Positions 39,610-48,952 of a stretch of DNA of 64,000 nucleotides are shown here, piece by piece. The position numbers and the translations under genes are program-made. Under the pieces are notes generated by a model. It did no database searches. It worked only from the letters and a program-made list of their open reading frames with translations, and was not told where the DNA came from. The DNA comes from an uncultured Clostridia bacterium (GTDB lineage Bacteria > Bacillota > Clostridia > TANB77 > CAG-508), in the NCBI GenBank assembly GCA_934141605.1, contig CAKPCL010000001.1, positions 90,730-154,729 of the forward strand, in the 5' to 3' direction. How positions within the stretch are numbered: position 1 is the first letter of the stretch; the number at the start of each line of letters is the position of its first letter.

Positions 39610-40045
39610 AATATATAAAAATTCCTTTAAAGAGGTTTATGATATTTTAGAAAATACTGAAGATGAATTAGTATCAAAGATTCCAACTAAGTTTATGAAT
39701 TTTTTAAAAGAAAATATGAATCCTAACTATAAAACTAATATTAACAAAGATGAAGAACTAGATAAACAACATTTGTTAAAAGAGACAGAAGCTATTTTAT
39801 CTTTAATTTATAGAAGCTATTGGGCAACAGAAGAAGAGAAAAAAGAATTTTCTCAAAAAGATAAACAGGAGCTTATCGAAAAAGAAGAAAAGCGTAAAGA
39901 ACAGTATCCAGTTAATGATATTTATGAAGTTTTTGCTAAAAGAAAAAATATAAATAACATTACTGTTGATAATAATTTAATGGTAATAAAAAAGGAGAGT
40001 TTTATTAAAAGGATTTTCAATAAAATTTTAAGTATCTTTAGGTAA
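39599..40045 (+). CDS. Hypothetical protein, translationally coupled to the ligase gene
   Basis: ATG at 39599 9 nt after RBS aaaggag, overlapping the ligase stop by 11 nt; 148 aa, charged and predicted helical. Confidence 0.45.
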   Translation: MLDEIYKNSFKEVYDILENTEDELVSKIPTKFMNFLKENMNPNYKTNINKDEELDKQHLLKETEAILSLIYRSYWATEEEKKEFSQKDKQELIEKEEKRKEQYPVNDIYEVFAKRKNINNITVDNNLMVIKKESFIKRIFNKILSIFR

Positions 40046-40152
40046 AAATATGTTAAAAATTTTTAACATATTTTTTTGTCATTTTTCGACTTTTTTCATA
40101 TTATAGTATTAAGTAAGTGACTTACTTATAAAAAAGAAAGGAAGTAGTTTTT

Positions 40153-40593
40153 ATGGAAATGGAAGAAAAGAAACCAGGTTGTCCAATATTAGATATTGAT
40201 GGTCTTGTATCAGGTGGAAAACAATTTGATTTAGACATTACTTTACCAGAAGATAACAGAGATGTTATATATGGAGTTATTAAAGATTGCTTTAAAGAGC
40301 CTATATGTGATGCTGTTGTTAAATTAACTGAAATTGCTTATGATTGTGGCAAAGAAGTTAGAAAACCTATCGGCCATACTTTTACAGATAAAGAAGGGGA
40401 ATTTGTATTCGGTCCTCTTTGTCCTGACAGACATTATGCTATTCAAATTTGGGCAAATGCAACTAAGAAAATAAAAATATGTGCTAAATGTCATCATGAA
40501 GGAAAATGCTTAAAAGGTGAAAAAAATGATAAATGTGATTGCTTTATAGATGATAAAAAGCCTTGTCATAAAGAAGAAAATTGTGATTGTTAA
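40153..40593 (+). CDS. Cys/His-rich protein with carboxypeptidase-regulatory-like (prealbumin/transthyretin-fold) domain
   Basis: VIYGVIKD...AVVKL...TDKEGEFVFGPL...YAIQIW pattern of a CarboxypepD_reg/Cna-B-like beta-sandwich; the C-terminal 50 aa contain 9 Cys and 3 His (KICAKCHHEGKC...KCDCF...PCHKEENCDC). Confidence 0.5.
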   Translation: MEMEEKKPGCPILDIDGLVSGGKQFDLDITLPEDNRDVIYGVIKDCFKEPICDAVVKLTEIAYDCGKEVRKPIGHTFTDKEGEFVFGPLCPDRHYAIQIWANATKKIKICAKCHHEGKCLKGEKNDKCDCFIDDKKPCHKEENCDC

Positions 40594-40636
40594 TTACATT
40601 ATTATGTAAAAACCTTAAGAAGTTGATAAAAAGATA

Positions 40637-40682
40637 AATCTCTTTTTATCAACTTCTTTTTAAATTATTCCTAATTTTTTTA
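40637..40682 (+). terminator. Strong rho-independent terminator
   Basis: 17-bp perfect stem aagaagttgataaaaag / ctttttatcaacttctt with an 8-nt loop and T-run. Confidence 0.75.
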
Positions 40683-40805
40683 CGAATTGTTTTCCTTTTT
40701 TAATCATTTTATTTTTATTCATCATGTTTGTGTCATTATACATCATTATTAATCCTGTTGTAATTAGTCCGCCTACTAATAATCCTTTTGCAAATTTCAT
40801 ATTTA

Positions 40806-41216
40806 TCAATCCTTTCTATATTGCCTTAGTTCTTTTTTATTTTGTCCTTTTTTTGTCTTTTTATTCTGTTTTATAATGGTATATATTTCATGTATGGCAA
40901 TTATTGCTAGAAAAATTCCAAAATATTTTCTTAATTCGTTTACATTTGTATGAACTGATAAATTTGCTCCTATTATTGCTCCTAATATTCCAAATATTGA
41001 TATTATTGTTGCTAATTTTAGGTCTATATTTTTATTTTTTAGGTTTACTATTATTGCCACAATTGAAGTTGGTATAAAAAATATTAAATTTGTTGCTTGT
41101 GCTATATGTTGCTCTAGTCCACTCATAAATGTTAGTAAAAATATTAATATTGTTCCTCCTCCCATTCCTGTTCCACTTACAATTCCAGAAATAAGTCCTA
41201 TAATAATTTCTTTCAT
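40806..41216 (-). CDS. TauE/SafE (DUF81) family half-size membrane transporter protein
   Basis: GLISGIVSGTGMGGGTILI motif and 4 TM helices. Confidence 0.6.
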   Translation of the reverse strand: MKEIIIGLISGIVSGTGMGGGTILIFLLTFMSGLEQHIAQATNLIFFIPTSIVAIIVNLKNKNIDLKLATIISIFGILGAIIGANLSVHTNVNELRKYFGIFLAIIAIHEIYTIIKQNKKTKKGQNKKELRQYRKD

Positions 41217-41239
41217 TTATTTTCCAACTTTCAAATCTA

Positions 41240-41437
41240 TTATTTCATTAATTTTTTAAATATTTCTTCTGCAATATTAGTTATACATTTATCACATTTT
41301 ATCATTTGGTTTATTATTAATTTTCTTAAGTTTTCATTTTCTATATTGTCAGCTAAATCCAAAAATTTTTGCAACTCAAATAAGTATTCTTTGTTTTCAT
41401 TTTTCCATTTATTTTTTTCGATTAAATTTTTATCCAT
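41240..41437 (-). CDS. Small hypothetical protein between the two TauE halves
   Basis: 65 aa with a CDKC pair; weak RBS; no motif. Confidence 0.3.
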   Translation of the reverse strand: MDKNLIEKNKWKNENKEYLFELQKFLDLADNIENENLRKLIINQMIKCDKCITNIAEEIFKKLMK

Positions 41438-41537
41438 TTCTACCTTCTTTCTTTTTTTTTTATATAATATGATATTTTTTTACTTTTTTTTACTTTTTTT
41501 CACAAAAGTGCACTTTTATTATATGAATCACATATTA

Positions 41538-41898
41538 TTATTTAAGTATCATTCTTAGTGATATATAAATTAAGAATATTGTAAATAATATTTTTAGTAT
41601 TTTTTCTGGTAATTTTTTTAAGAGTTTTGCGCCTATATATCCGCCAATAGCTCCGCCTATACCGCAGAGTATTGATACTTTCCAATTTATAAAATTTCCC
41701 TTATAGTAGAAGAAACTGCTTGTTAATACCATTGGCAATATGCAAAATATAGATGTTCCTCTTGCTTTTTGTGAGTCTAAATTTAATAAGTACATAAATG
41801 CTGGAACTAATATAAGTCCTCCTCCTGTAGAAAAAAATCCGACTTATAAATCCAGCTGATAATCCTATTATTATTTGTTTAATATATTTTTTTAACAT
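41538..41898 (-). pseudogene. TauE/SafE family half-size protein interrupted by a +1 frameshift
   Basis: Start MLKKYIKQIIIGLSAGFIS then a frame change; the alternative frame continues GFFSTGGGLILVPAFMYLL... to the stop at 41538; the shift maps next to the A7 tract at 41831-41837. Confidence 0.5.
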
Positions 41899-41943
41899 AA
41901 AAAAACCTACTCTTTTATAGTAGGTTTTCCATTTTTTTTTATT

Positions 41944-43188
41944 TTATTCTGTTATATTTTCATCTTTTATATAATATTTCGTGTTTAACATTTTATCTGG
42001 TAAATATTGTTGTTCTACCCAATGTCCTGGGAAATCATGTGGATATAGGTATCCTTCGTTGTATCCTAAATTTTTCATTTCTTCTATTGGAGCATTTCTT
42101 ATGTGCATTGGTATTGTTCCTGTGTCTTTATTTTGTACATCTTCTAATGCTTTATTTATTGCTAAATAACTTGCATTTGATTTTTTAGAAGTTGCTACAT
42201 ATATTGCGGCTTCTGAAAGTATTATTCTTGCTTCTGGCATCCCTACTATGTGTACAGCTTGCATTGCTGCATTTGCTACTACTAATGCGTTTGGATTTGC
42301 CATCCCTACATCTTCTGAAGCACATATTACAATTCTTCTTGCTAAAAACATAGGGTCTTCGCCACCATTTATGGCTCTTGCTAAATAAAATACTGTTGCG
42401 TCTGGGTCTGAGCCTCTCATGGATTTTATAAATGCACTTATATTGTCATAATGAGTGTCACCTTTTTTGTCAAATATTGCTTTTCTACTTTGAACGCAAT
42501 TTTTTATAACCTCATCTGTTATATGTATAAATCCATCACTTTCCATATTTGTTGTAAGTACTGCTATTTCTAATCCATTTAAAGCAGTTCTTACATCTCC
42601 ATTTGATATAGCTGCTAATTTTTTTAGTGTTTCGTCTTCAATTTTTATGCTATATTGTTTTAATCCATCTTCTCTTGTTAATGAGTTTTTTAAAATAGTG
42701 TATATATTTTCTTCTGTTAATGGTTCTAATTTTATAACCATTGACCTTGATATTAAAGCTTTGTTTACTTCAAAATATGGGTTTTCAGTTGTTGCGCCAA
42801 TTAAAATTATGAGTCCATTTTCAACAAATGGAAGTAATGCGTCTTGTTGTAATTTATTAAATCTATGTATTTCGTCTATAAATAATATGCTTTTCCCTGC
42901 AGGGTTTATCATATAGTTTTTTGTTTCTTCTATAACTTTTTTTATGTCTGATACTCCTGCTGTTACTGCATTTATTTTATAGAATTTATATTTTGTTGTT
43001 TCACTTATTACTTTTGCTAGTGATGTTTTTCCGCAACCAGGTGGTCCAAATAATATTATGCTTGACAATCTATCTGCTTTTATTGTTCTGTATAATATTT
43101 TATCTTTTCCTAATACATGTTCTTGTCCTACATATTCTTCTAGTGTTTTTGGTCTCATTCTGTATGCTAGTGGTTCGTTATTGTTCAT
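41944..43188 (-). CDS. rarA: Replication-associated recombination protein A (RarA/MgsA AAA+ ATPase)
   Basis: RPKTLEEYVGQEHVLG, Walker A GPPGCGKTSLA, ILFIDEIHRFNK, and the C-terminal MgsA helical domain. Confidence 0.9.
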   Translation of the reverse strand: MNNNEPLAYRMRPKTLEEYVGQEHVLGKDKILYRTIKADRLSSIILFGPPGCGKTSLAKVISETTKYKFYKINAVTAGVSDIKKVIEETKNYMINPAGKSILFIDEIHRFNKLQQDALLPFVENGLIILIGATTENPYFEVNKALISRSMVIKLEPLTEENIYTILKNSLTREDGLKQYSIKIEDETLKKLAAISNGDVRTALNGLEIAVLTTNMESDGFIHITDEVIKNCVQSRKAIFDKKGDTHYDNISAFIKSMRGSDPDATVFYLARAINGGEDPMFLARRIVICASEDVGMANPNALVVANAAMQAVHIVGMPEARIILSEAAIYVATSKKSNASYLAINKALEDVQNKDTGTIPMHIRNAPIEEMKNLGYNEGYLYPHDFPGHWVEQQYLPDKMLNTKYYIKDENITE

Positions 43189-43205
43189 AGTCTCTCCTCT
43201 AATCT

Positions 43206-43835
43206 TTATTTTCCAAGTATTGTTAAACCTTTTCTTATTAATTCTTCAGTTGACATATTTTCTTTTGCGATTTTGTCAAATGCCTTTTCTATTTCTTTCT
43301 TGTTATATCCTAATACTTGAAGTGCTGCCATGGCTTCGTCTATTTTTTCTTCATTTTCTATTTTTTCTTCTAATTTTGTTTTTACTTCGCTTAGTCCTTT
43401 TGAAGCTTTTGTTAGTTCTTGAATTTGTTGTTCTTTTTTCATTTTATCTTTTAGTTCTAGAATTATTCTTTGTGCTGATTTTGCTCCTATTCCTGGTATT
43501 TGTGTTAACATTTTTACATCTTCTGATATTATTGCTAATGCAAATTCAGTTGGTTCACATACATCAAGCATTGTTATTGCTGTTTTCGCTCCTATTCCAC
43601 TTACTGATATTAGTAATTCGAACATTCTTAATTCTTCTAAACTGTTAAAACCATATATACTTATGTCATCTTCTCTTACTTTATAGTAGGTGTGAACTTT
43701 TACTGTATCTCCTATATTTCCTAATTTTTCAATTCCTGAATCTGACATAAATACTTTGTATCCTAGTCCTCCGACATCTATTACTATATATCCTGTCATT
43801 TTCATTTCTAGTGTTCCTTTTATATATGCTAGCAT
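43206..43835 (-). CDS. ruvA: Holliday junction DNA helicase subunit RuvA
   Basis: MLAYIKGTL...YIVIDVGGLGYKV; two HhH motifs GIGAKTA and PGIGAKSAQRI. Confidence 0.9.
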   Translation of the reverse strand: MLAYIKGTLEMKMTGYIVIDVGGLGYKVFMSDSGIEKLGNIGDTVKVHTYYKVREDDISIYGFNSLEELRMFELLISVSGIGAKTAITMLDVCEPTEFALAIISEDVKMLTQIPGIGAKSAQRIILELKDKMKKEQQIQELTKASKGLSEVKTKLEEKIENEEKIDEAMAALQVLGYNKKEIEKAFDKIAKENMSTEELIRKGLTILGK

Positions 43836-43850
43836 ATTCTTCTCCTTTCA

Positions 43851-43919
43851 TGTCCAAATGTCCAAATGGGACGGTTCTATTTGGACAAAATGTCCAAACG
43901 GGACGGTTCTTTTTGGACA
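43851..43919. repeat. Cluster of 29-bp GC-rich palindromic repeats (two tandem units plus a partial one)
   Basis: tgtccaaatgggacggttctatttggaca (43859-43887) and tgtccaaacgggacggttctttttggaca (43891-43919); same family as 6070-6167. Confidence 0.7.
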
Positions 43920-44474
43920 TTATATATCATAAAAATAAGTTGCTTCTAGGTCTGCTTCGTGCATTAATAGTGCTAATGGATATTTTTTATATGCAGCTCC
44001 TATTGTGTTGTATAATTCTTTTGGTTCTGTGTATCCCATGTGCCAACGAATTGAATATTTTTCTTCTGATGTTAGTTTCATGTATTCTGTTATCATCATT
44101 ACTGATTTTTCTCCATGTCCATATGGTATTGTGTCGTCTATTGTATAATATGGTACTTTTTCCCATACTCCTAGTGCATTTTTTGCATTTCTGTAATCTA
44201 TTTTATAAAAGTTTGCTTTGCATAAGTCGTGTAGTAGTGGTACTATTATTAATGTTTCCGGGTTGATTTCTAGTGGTTCTATGTTTGTTTCTACTTTGTG
44301 TTTTAGTATTTCATATACTTTCATGCTGTGTTCTACTAGTCCTCCTTCGTGATCTCCATGAAATCTTGTGCTTGCTGGTGCTTTGAAGAAGTCTGTTTTT
44401 TCTATGAATTCTATTAGTTCTTCTATTCCTTCTCTTTTAACTTGTTTTAATAATTCTAAAAATTGTTCTTTCAT
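43920..44474 (-). CDS. HD-domain phosphohydrolase
   Basis: H...HD metal-binding pattern (FHGDHEGGLVEHS, LLHDLCK); 184 aa. Confidence 0.5.
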   Translation of the reverse strand: MKEQFLELLKQVKREGIEELIEFIEKTDFFKAPASTRFHGDHEGGLVEHSMKVYEILKHKVETNIEPLEINPETLIIVPLLHDLCKANFYKIDYRNAKNALGVWEKVPYYTIDDTIPYGHGEKSVMMITEYMKLTSEEKYSIRWHMGYTEPKELYNTIGAAYKKYPLALLMHEADLEATYFYDI

Positions 44475-44622
44475 TTTTTCACCTTTTCTTTCTTTTTTCT
44501 TTGGTTATTATATAAATTTTATGGTGAAAAGTCAATACTTGTTTTACAAATTTTTGTTTGTATTGTTTTTCTTTTATATTCATTGTATAATATACTCAAT
44601 TACAAATGAAAGGTATTAAATT

Positions 44623-45309
44623 ATGAAATTTATAAAAAAGCTAATCTTTTCAATTATTTTGATTATAATAGTTGCTCTTTCAATTATATTTTTAATAGGT
44701 CATTCTTATTATTCAAAAGCATTAAAAGAAAAACCATTACTTACACGAGGCAGTGAAATCACGAGCAAAGAAAACTTTGTAAAATTTGAAGATATGTCCT
44801 CTTATTATAGAAATGCTGTAATAAGTGTTGAAGATCATAGATTTTATGACCATGGCCCTGTAGATTTTATTGCAATTGCTAGAGCGTTTTTTACAAATAT
44901 TAAAAGTGGAAAGCTTCAAGAAGGTGGAAGTACAATAACTCAGCAACTTGCAAAAAATCTTGTTTTTTCTCAAGAGCAATCTTGGGTTAGAAAAGTTGGG
45001 GAGGTTTTCGCTGCTTATGATTTAGAAAAAAATTATACTAAAAAAGAAATTTTTGAATTATATGTAAATACTGCTTATTTTGGTGATGGTTATTATGGAA
45101 TTTATGATGCAAGCTATGGTTATTATAATAAAGCTCCAAAAGATTTAAATTTAGATGAGTCTTCTATGCTTGCAGGTGTACCAAATGCTCCTTCTGTTTA
45201 TGCTCCAACAGTTAATCCTACTTTGGCCAAAAAGCGTCAATATCATGTTTTAAATACAATGCTTGAATATGGCTATATTACTAAGGAAGAAGCTTTATCA
45301 ATTAAATAA
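44623..45309 (+). CDS. Monofunctional peptidoglycan glycosyltransferase (GT51)
   Basis: N-terminal TM; GT51 motifs EDHRFYDHGPVD, GGSTITQQLAKN, and the RKV..LE region. Confidence 0.85.
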   Translation: MKFIKKLIFSIILIIIVALSIIFLIGHSYYSKALKEKPLLTRGSEITSKENFVKFEDMSSYYRNAVISVEDHRFYDHGPVDFIAIARAFFTNIKSGKLQEGGSTITQQLAKNLVFSQEQSWVRKVGEVFAAYDLEKNYTKKEIFELYVNTAYFGDGYYGIYDASYGYYNKAPKDLNLDESSMLAGVPNAPSVYAPTVNPTLAKKRQYHVLNTMLEYGYITKEEALSIK

Positions 45310-45381
45310 TATTTTAAGGTTACTACTTTATTTGTGGTAACTTTTTTTAATCTTCATATATATTATTATGGAGGTTTTTTA

Positions 45382-46179
45382 ATGAAGATATTGTTTATTA
45401 AAAAAAATAACTTTTTTTATTTATTTTTTATTGTTTTTATTATTTCATTAATAGCTACATTTGTCTATTTTTTGAACCGTTCACCTTCTTTTGCTTTGGG
45501 ATTAAATAAAACTTTCTTTTTGGATATTGATACAACGGTTTCACTTAATGATATTGGTAAATGTGATGAAAAAAAGGCTTATCTTACATTTGATGATGGT
45601 CCTACTGCTAAAGCTACTGGCAAAATTTTGGATATCCTAAAAGAAGAAGATGTTAAGGCTACTTTTTTTGTTGTAGGAAAACATGTAAAAGAAAATCCTG
45701 AATTAGTTAAGAGAGAATATGATGAAGGGCATTATATTGCTAATCATGGATATAATCATAATAATAAATTACTTTATAAAGATATGGAAAGTTTTAGAGA
45801 TGAAATTGTTTCAACAGATTTGGAGATTTCAAAAGCTATTGGAATTAATAATTATTGTTCACATATTTTTAGATTTCCAAATGGTTATATGTCGCACATA
45901 TATACCAGTCAAAAGAAAAATGCTCTTTCTGTTTTGCATGATATGGATTATGTGTATGTTGATTGGAATTGCCTTAATCGAGATTCGGAAAGAAAATATA
46001 CTAATTCTCAATTGCTTGAAAACTTGAAGAAAACAGCTAAAAATAAAGGAACTTTAATTATATTAATGCACGATACAGCTGATGTTAATAAAACATATAA
46101 TGTCTTAAAGGATTCTATTTCTTATTTAAAGTCTCAAGGATATGAGTTTAGAAACTTTTATGATTTTGTGAACCATTAG
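45382..46179 (+). CDS. Polysaccharide deacetylase (NodB-homology, CE4) family protein
   Basis: TFDDGP, FFVVGKHV, HGYNH motifs; signal anchor; ATG at 45382 with RBS ggagg. Confidence 0.85.
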   Translation: MKILFIKKNNFFYLFFIVFIISLIATFVYFLNRSPSFALGLNKTFFLDIDTTVSLNDIGKCDEKKAYLTFDDGPTAKATGKILDILKEEDVKATFFVVGKHVKENPELVKREYDEGHYIANHGYNHNNKLLYKDMESFRDEIVSTDLEISKAIGINNYCSHIFRFPNGYMSHIYTSQKKNALSVLHDMDYVYVDWNCLNRDSERKYTNSQLLENLKKTAKNKGTLIILMHDTADVNKTYNVLKDSISYLKSQGYEFRNFYDFVNH

Positions 46180-46320
46180 TTTGTTGTCTTCTTTTGTATT
46201 ATTTGCTATTGTTTTTTTGTCCTATTCCAATTGGTTAATTATTTTTTATTTTTATAACTTTGGTAATTATTATGGAACGCATGAGTTATAGTTCTATAAT
46301 AATTGGTGTAGGAGGTTTCT

Positions 46321-46695
46321 ATGAATTTCAATATAGAAAAGTTTAGTTATAGGTTAACTGTTTTATTAGATGAGAATAATATGACACAAACTCAATTGGC
46401 TGAAAAAGTCGGTACTTCAAATGTGACAATTTGTAGATATTTAACTTGTGAGCGTTTGCCTCGACTTGATGTTGTAACAAAAATTGCCTCTGTGTTTAAT
46501 GTTTCTTTAGATTATTTACTTGGTTTATCAGATGATAAAAATGTCCAACTTTCTGAGGAAAATTCGGATTTAGATATTGCAATATCAATAAGTAAATTGT
46601 ATTCCTTAGATGAAAATTCTCATTTATCTAAATCTCAAATTGAATTAATTAAAAAATTATTATTGGCTAATAAAGATTTTATTCTTTCAGCTTAG
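46321..46695 (+). CDS. XRE-family HTH transcriptional regulator
   Basis: MTQTQLAEKVGTSNVTICRYLTCERLP HTH motif. Confidence 0.7.
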   Translation: MNFNIEKFSYRLTVLLDENNMTQTQLAEKVGTSNVTICRYLTCERLPRLDVVTKIASVFNVSLDYLLGLSDDKNVQLSEENSDLDIAISISKLYSLDENSHLSKSQIELIKKLLLANKDFILSA

Positions 46696-46759
46696 AAATA
46701 ATAAAAGAGTTTAATACAAAAATTTTTTATGTTTTTATGTATTAAACTCTTATATTTTT

Positions 46760-47011
46760 TTATTTTTTTTCTTGGATTTTTTCTAGTGCTTTTGCTAATT
46801 GGTCTGGACATGATGTTCCTTTGTATCCACATTGAATTCCTTTTAGTCTTTTTATTGCTTCTTGTATATTCATCCCTTCTATTAATCTTGATACTCCTAC
46901 TGTATTTCCTGCACAGCCTCCTTGTATTATTACTTTTTTTATTGTGTCTCCTTCTACTTCTATTATCATTTCTTGTGAGCATACACCTTGTGGTTCATAT
47001 CTATATTCCAT
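46760..47011 (-). CDS. TSCPD-domain protein (TIGR03905-like)
   Basis: EGDTIKKVIIQGGCAGNTVGVSRL...CGYKGTSCPDQLA; start at the internal ATG 47011 with RBS gaaaagg. Confidence 0.55.
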   Translation of the reverse strand: MEYRYEPQGVCSQEMIIEVEGDTIKKVIIQGGCAGNTVGVSRLIEGMNIQEAIKRLKGIQCGYKGTSCPDQLAKALEKIQEKK

Positions 47012-47070
47012 TTTTATCTCTTCCTTTTCGACATTTTTTGATAAATTTATAAGACATTTTTGCACTGTCC

Positions 47071-48813
47071 CTACTGTCTCACTTCAATGTGGACATCTTT
47101 TAACTGTTGTTCAGAAACTACTGATGGAGCTCTCATAAGTAAGTCTCTTGCTCTTTTATTTTTAGGGAAGGCTATTACTTCTCTTATATTTTGTGAGTCT
47201 TCTATTAGCATTACCATTCTGTCTACTCCAGGTGCAGCACCTGCATGTGGTGGTGTACCATATTGGAACGCATTGTATAATGCTCCAAATCTATTTTTAA
47301 CATCATCTTCTTGATATCCTGCAATTTCAAATGCTTTTACCATTATCTCTGGATTATGGTTTCTTACTGCTCCTGATGCCATTTCATATCCATTACATAC
47401 TAAGTCATATTGATATGCTAATATGTCTAATGGGTCTTTTGTTTCTAATGCTTCCATTCCGCCTTGTGGCATTGAAAATGGGTTGTGGTTAAAGTCTATT
47501 GTTCCTTCATCTGATAGTTCATACATTGGGAAGTCTACTATGTAGCAGAATCTGTATACATCTTTTTCTAGTAAGTCTAATCTTTTTCCTAATTCAATTC
47601 TAATTAAACCTGCTATTTTTTGTGCTGTTTTGAATTCATCTGCTATAAAGAATACACTTGAGTTTTTAGTCAATCCGAATTCATTTATTAATTGTTCTTT
47701 TATGTCGTCTGTAATGAATTTTGCTATTCCTCCTGTAATTTCTCCTGATGTTTCATATTTTGTCCAAGCTAGTCCTTTTGCTCCCACTTCGTCTGATGTT
47801 GCATATTCTGTCATTTTGTCAAAGAATTTTCTTCCTTGTTCTGCTCCATTTGGAACGATTATTGCTTTTATTGTTTTTCCTTCAAATGCTTTAAAGTCTG
47901 AGTTTTCAAAGCATTTTGTTACATCTTGTATTATTAATGGGTTTCTTAAGTCTGGTTTGTCAATTCCGTATTTTTCCATTGCTTCTCTGTATGGAATTTT
48001 TATAAATGGTCCTTCGTCAACTTTCCATGTTGTGAATTTTTTGAAAGTATATGGTACAACTTCTTCTATTACTTTGAATACATCTTCTTGTGTTGCAAAA
48101 CTCATTTCAAAGTCTAGTTGGTAAAATTCTCCTGGTGCTCTGTCAGCTCTAGGGTCTTCATCTCTGAAGCATGGTGCTATTTGAAAGTATTTATCAAATC
48201 CAGATACCATTAATAATTGTTTAAATTGTTGTGGTGCTTGTGGTAATGCGTAAAATTCTCCCGGATTTAGTCTGCTTGGTACTAAGTAATCTCTTGCACC
48301 TTCTGGTGATGAGTTTGCAAGTATTGGTGTTTGAATTTCTGCAAATCCTAATTCGTCCATTTTGTCTCTTAATGTTTTTAATATTTTTGAACGAAGTAAG
48401 ATGTTTTTATGTAATTTTTCGTTTCTTAAATCTAAAAATCTATATTCTAATCTTAAATCTTCTCTTACTTCTTGGTCTGTGTTTATTTCAAATGGAAGTA
48501 CATTTTTGCATTTTCCTAATACTTCTATTTCGTCTGCTATTACTTCTATTTCTCCTGTTGGAATTTTTGTATTTTTGTTACTTCTTTCCACAATTTTTCC
48601 TGAAATGTGGATACAGCTTTCTGTTGTTAGGTCTTTTGCTTGTTTTTGCAATTCTTCATCATTTATAACAATTTGTGTAATTCCAAATTGGTCTCTTAAG
48701 TCTATAAATGTCATTGCTCCTAAATCTCTTATTTTTTGAACCCACCCTGCTAGTTCTACTTCTTCATTTACATTTGATATGTTTAATTCTCCACATGTTT
48801 TTGTTCTATACAT
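47071..48813 (-). CDS. aspS: Aspartate--tRNA ligase
   Basis: Class II aaRS motifs (FRDEDPRADR, GGMEALE, PPHAG.A.G.DR) plus anticodon-binding OB fold; ATG at 48813 with RBS ggagg. Confidence 0.95.
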   Translation of the reverse strand: MYRTKTCGELNISNVNEEVELAGWVQKIRDLGAMTFIDLRDQFGITQIVINDEELQKQAKDLTTESCIHISGKIVERSNKNTKIPTGEIEVIADEIEVLGKCKNVLPFEINTDQEVREDLRLEYRFLDLRNEKLHKNILLRSKILKTLRDKMDELGFAEIQTPILANSSPEGARDYLVPSRLNPGEFYALPQAPQQFKQLLMVSGFDKYFQIAPCFRDEDPRADRAPGEFYQLDFEMSFATQEDVFKVIEEVVPYTFKKFTTWKVDEGPFIKIPYREAMEKYGIDKPDLRNPLIIQDVTKCFENSDFKAFEGKTIKAIIVPNGAEQGRKFFDKMTEYATSDEVGAKGLAWTKYETSGEITGGIAKFITDDIKEQLINEFGLTKNSSVFFIADEFKTAQKIAGLIRIELGKRLDLLEKDVYRFCYIVDFPMYELSDEGTIDFNHNPFSMPQGGMEALETKDPLDILAYQYDLVCNGYEMASGAVRNHNPEIMVKAFEIAGYQEDDVKNRFGALYNAFQYGTPPHAGAAPGVDRMVMLIEDSQNIREVIAFPKNKRARDLLMRAPSVVSEQQLKDVHIEVRQ

Positions 48814-48952
48814 CGTTTTTCCTCCAAAATTTTCATTTGCTTTATATTTTAGCACATTTTTTTATATTTTACAATTATTCATTGAAGTTATTTATTTTTT
48901 ATGTTAAAATTTTTATAGTTATTATTAAAATTTAGAATTAGGAGTTATTATT

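Noticed and set aside
41470-41500. Short direct repeat tttttacttttttttacttttttt in the TauE intergenic region
   Set aside because: It is a simple T-rich low-complexity run that reads as an oligo-A tract on the minus strand. It is too short and degenerate to call a repeat element.
48814-48952. Possible T-box leader upstream of aspS
   Set aside because: Only ~140 nt of extremely AT-rich spacer is shared with the divergent HD-GYP promoter. No specifier loop or T-box (AGGGUGGNACCGCG) motif is visible.
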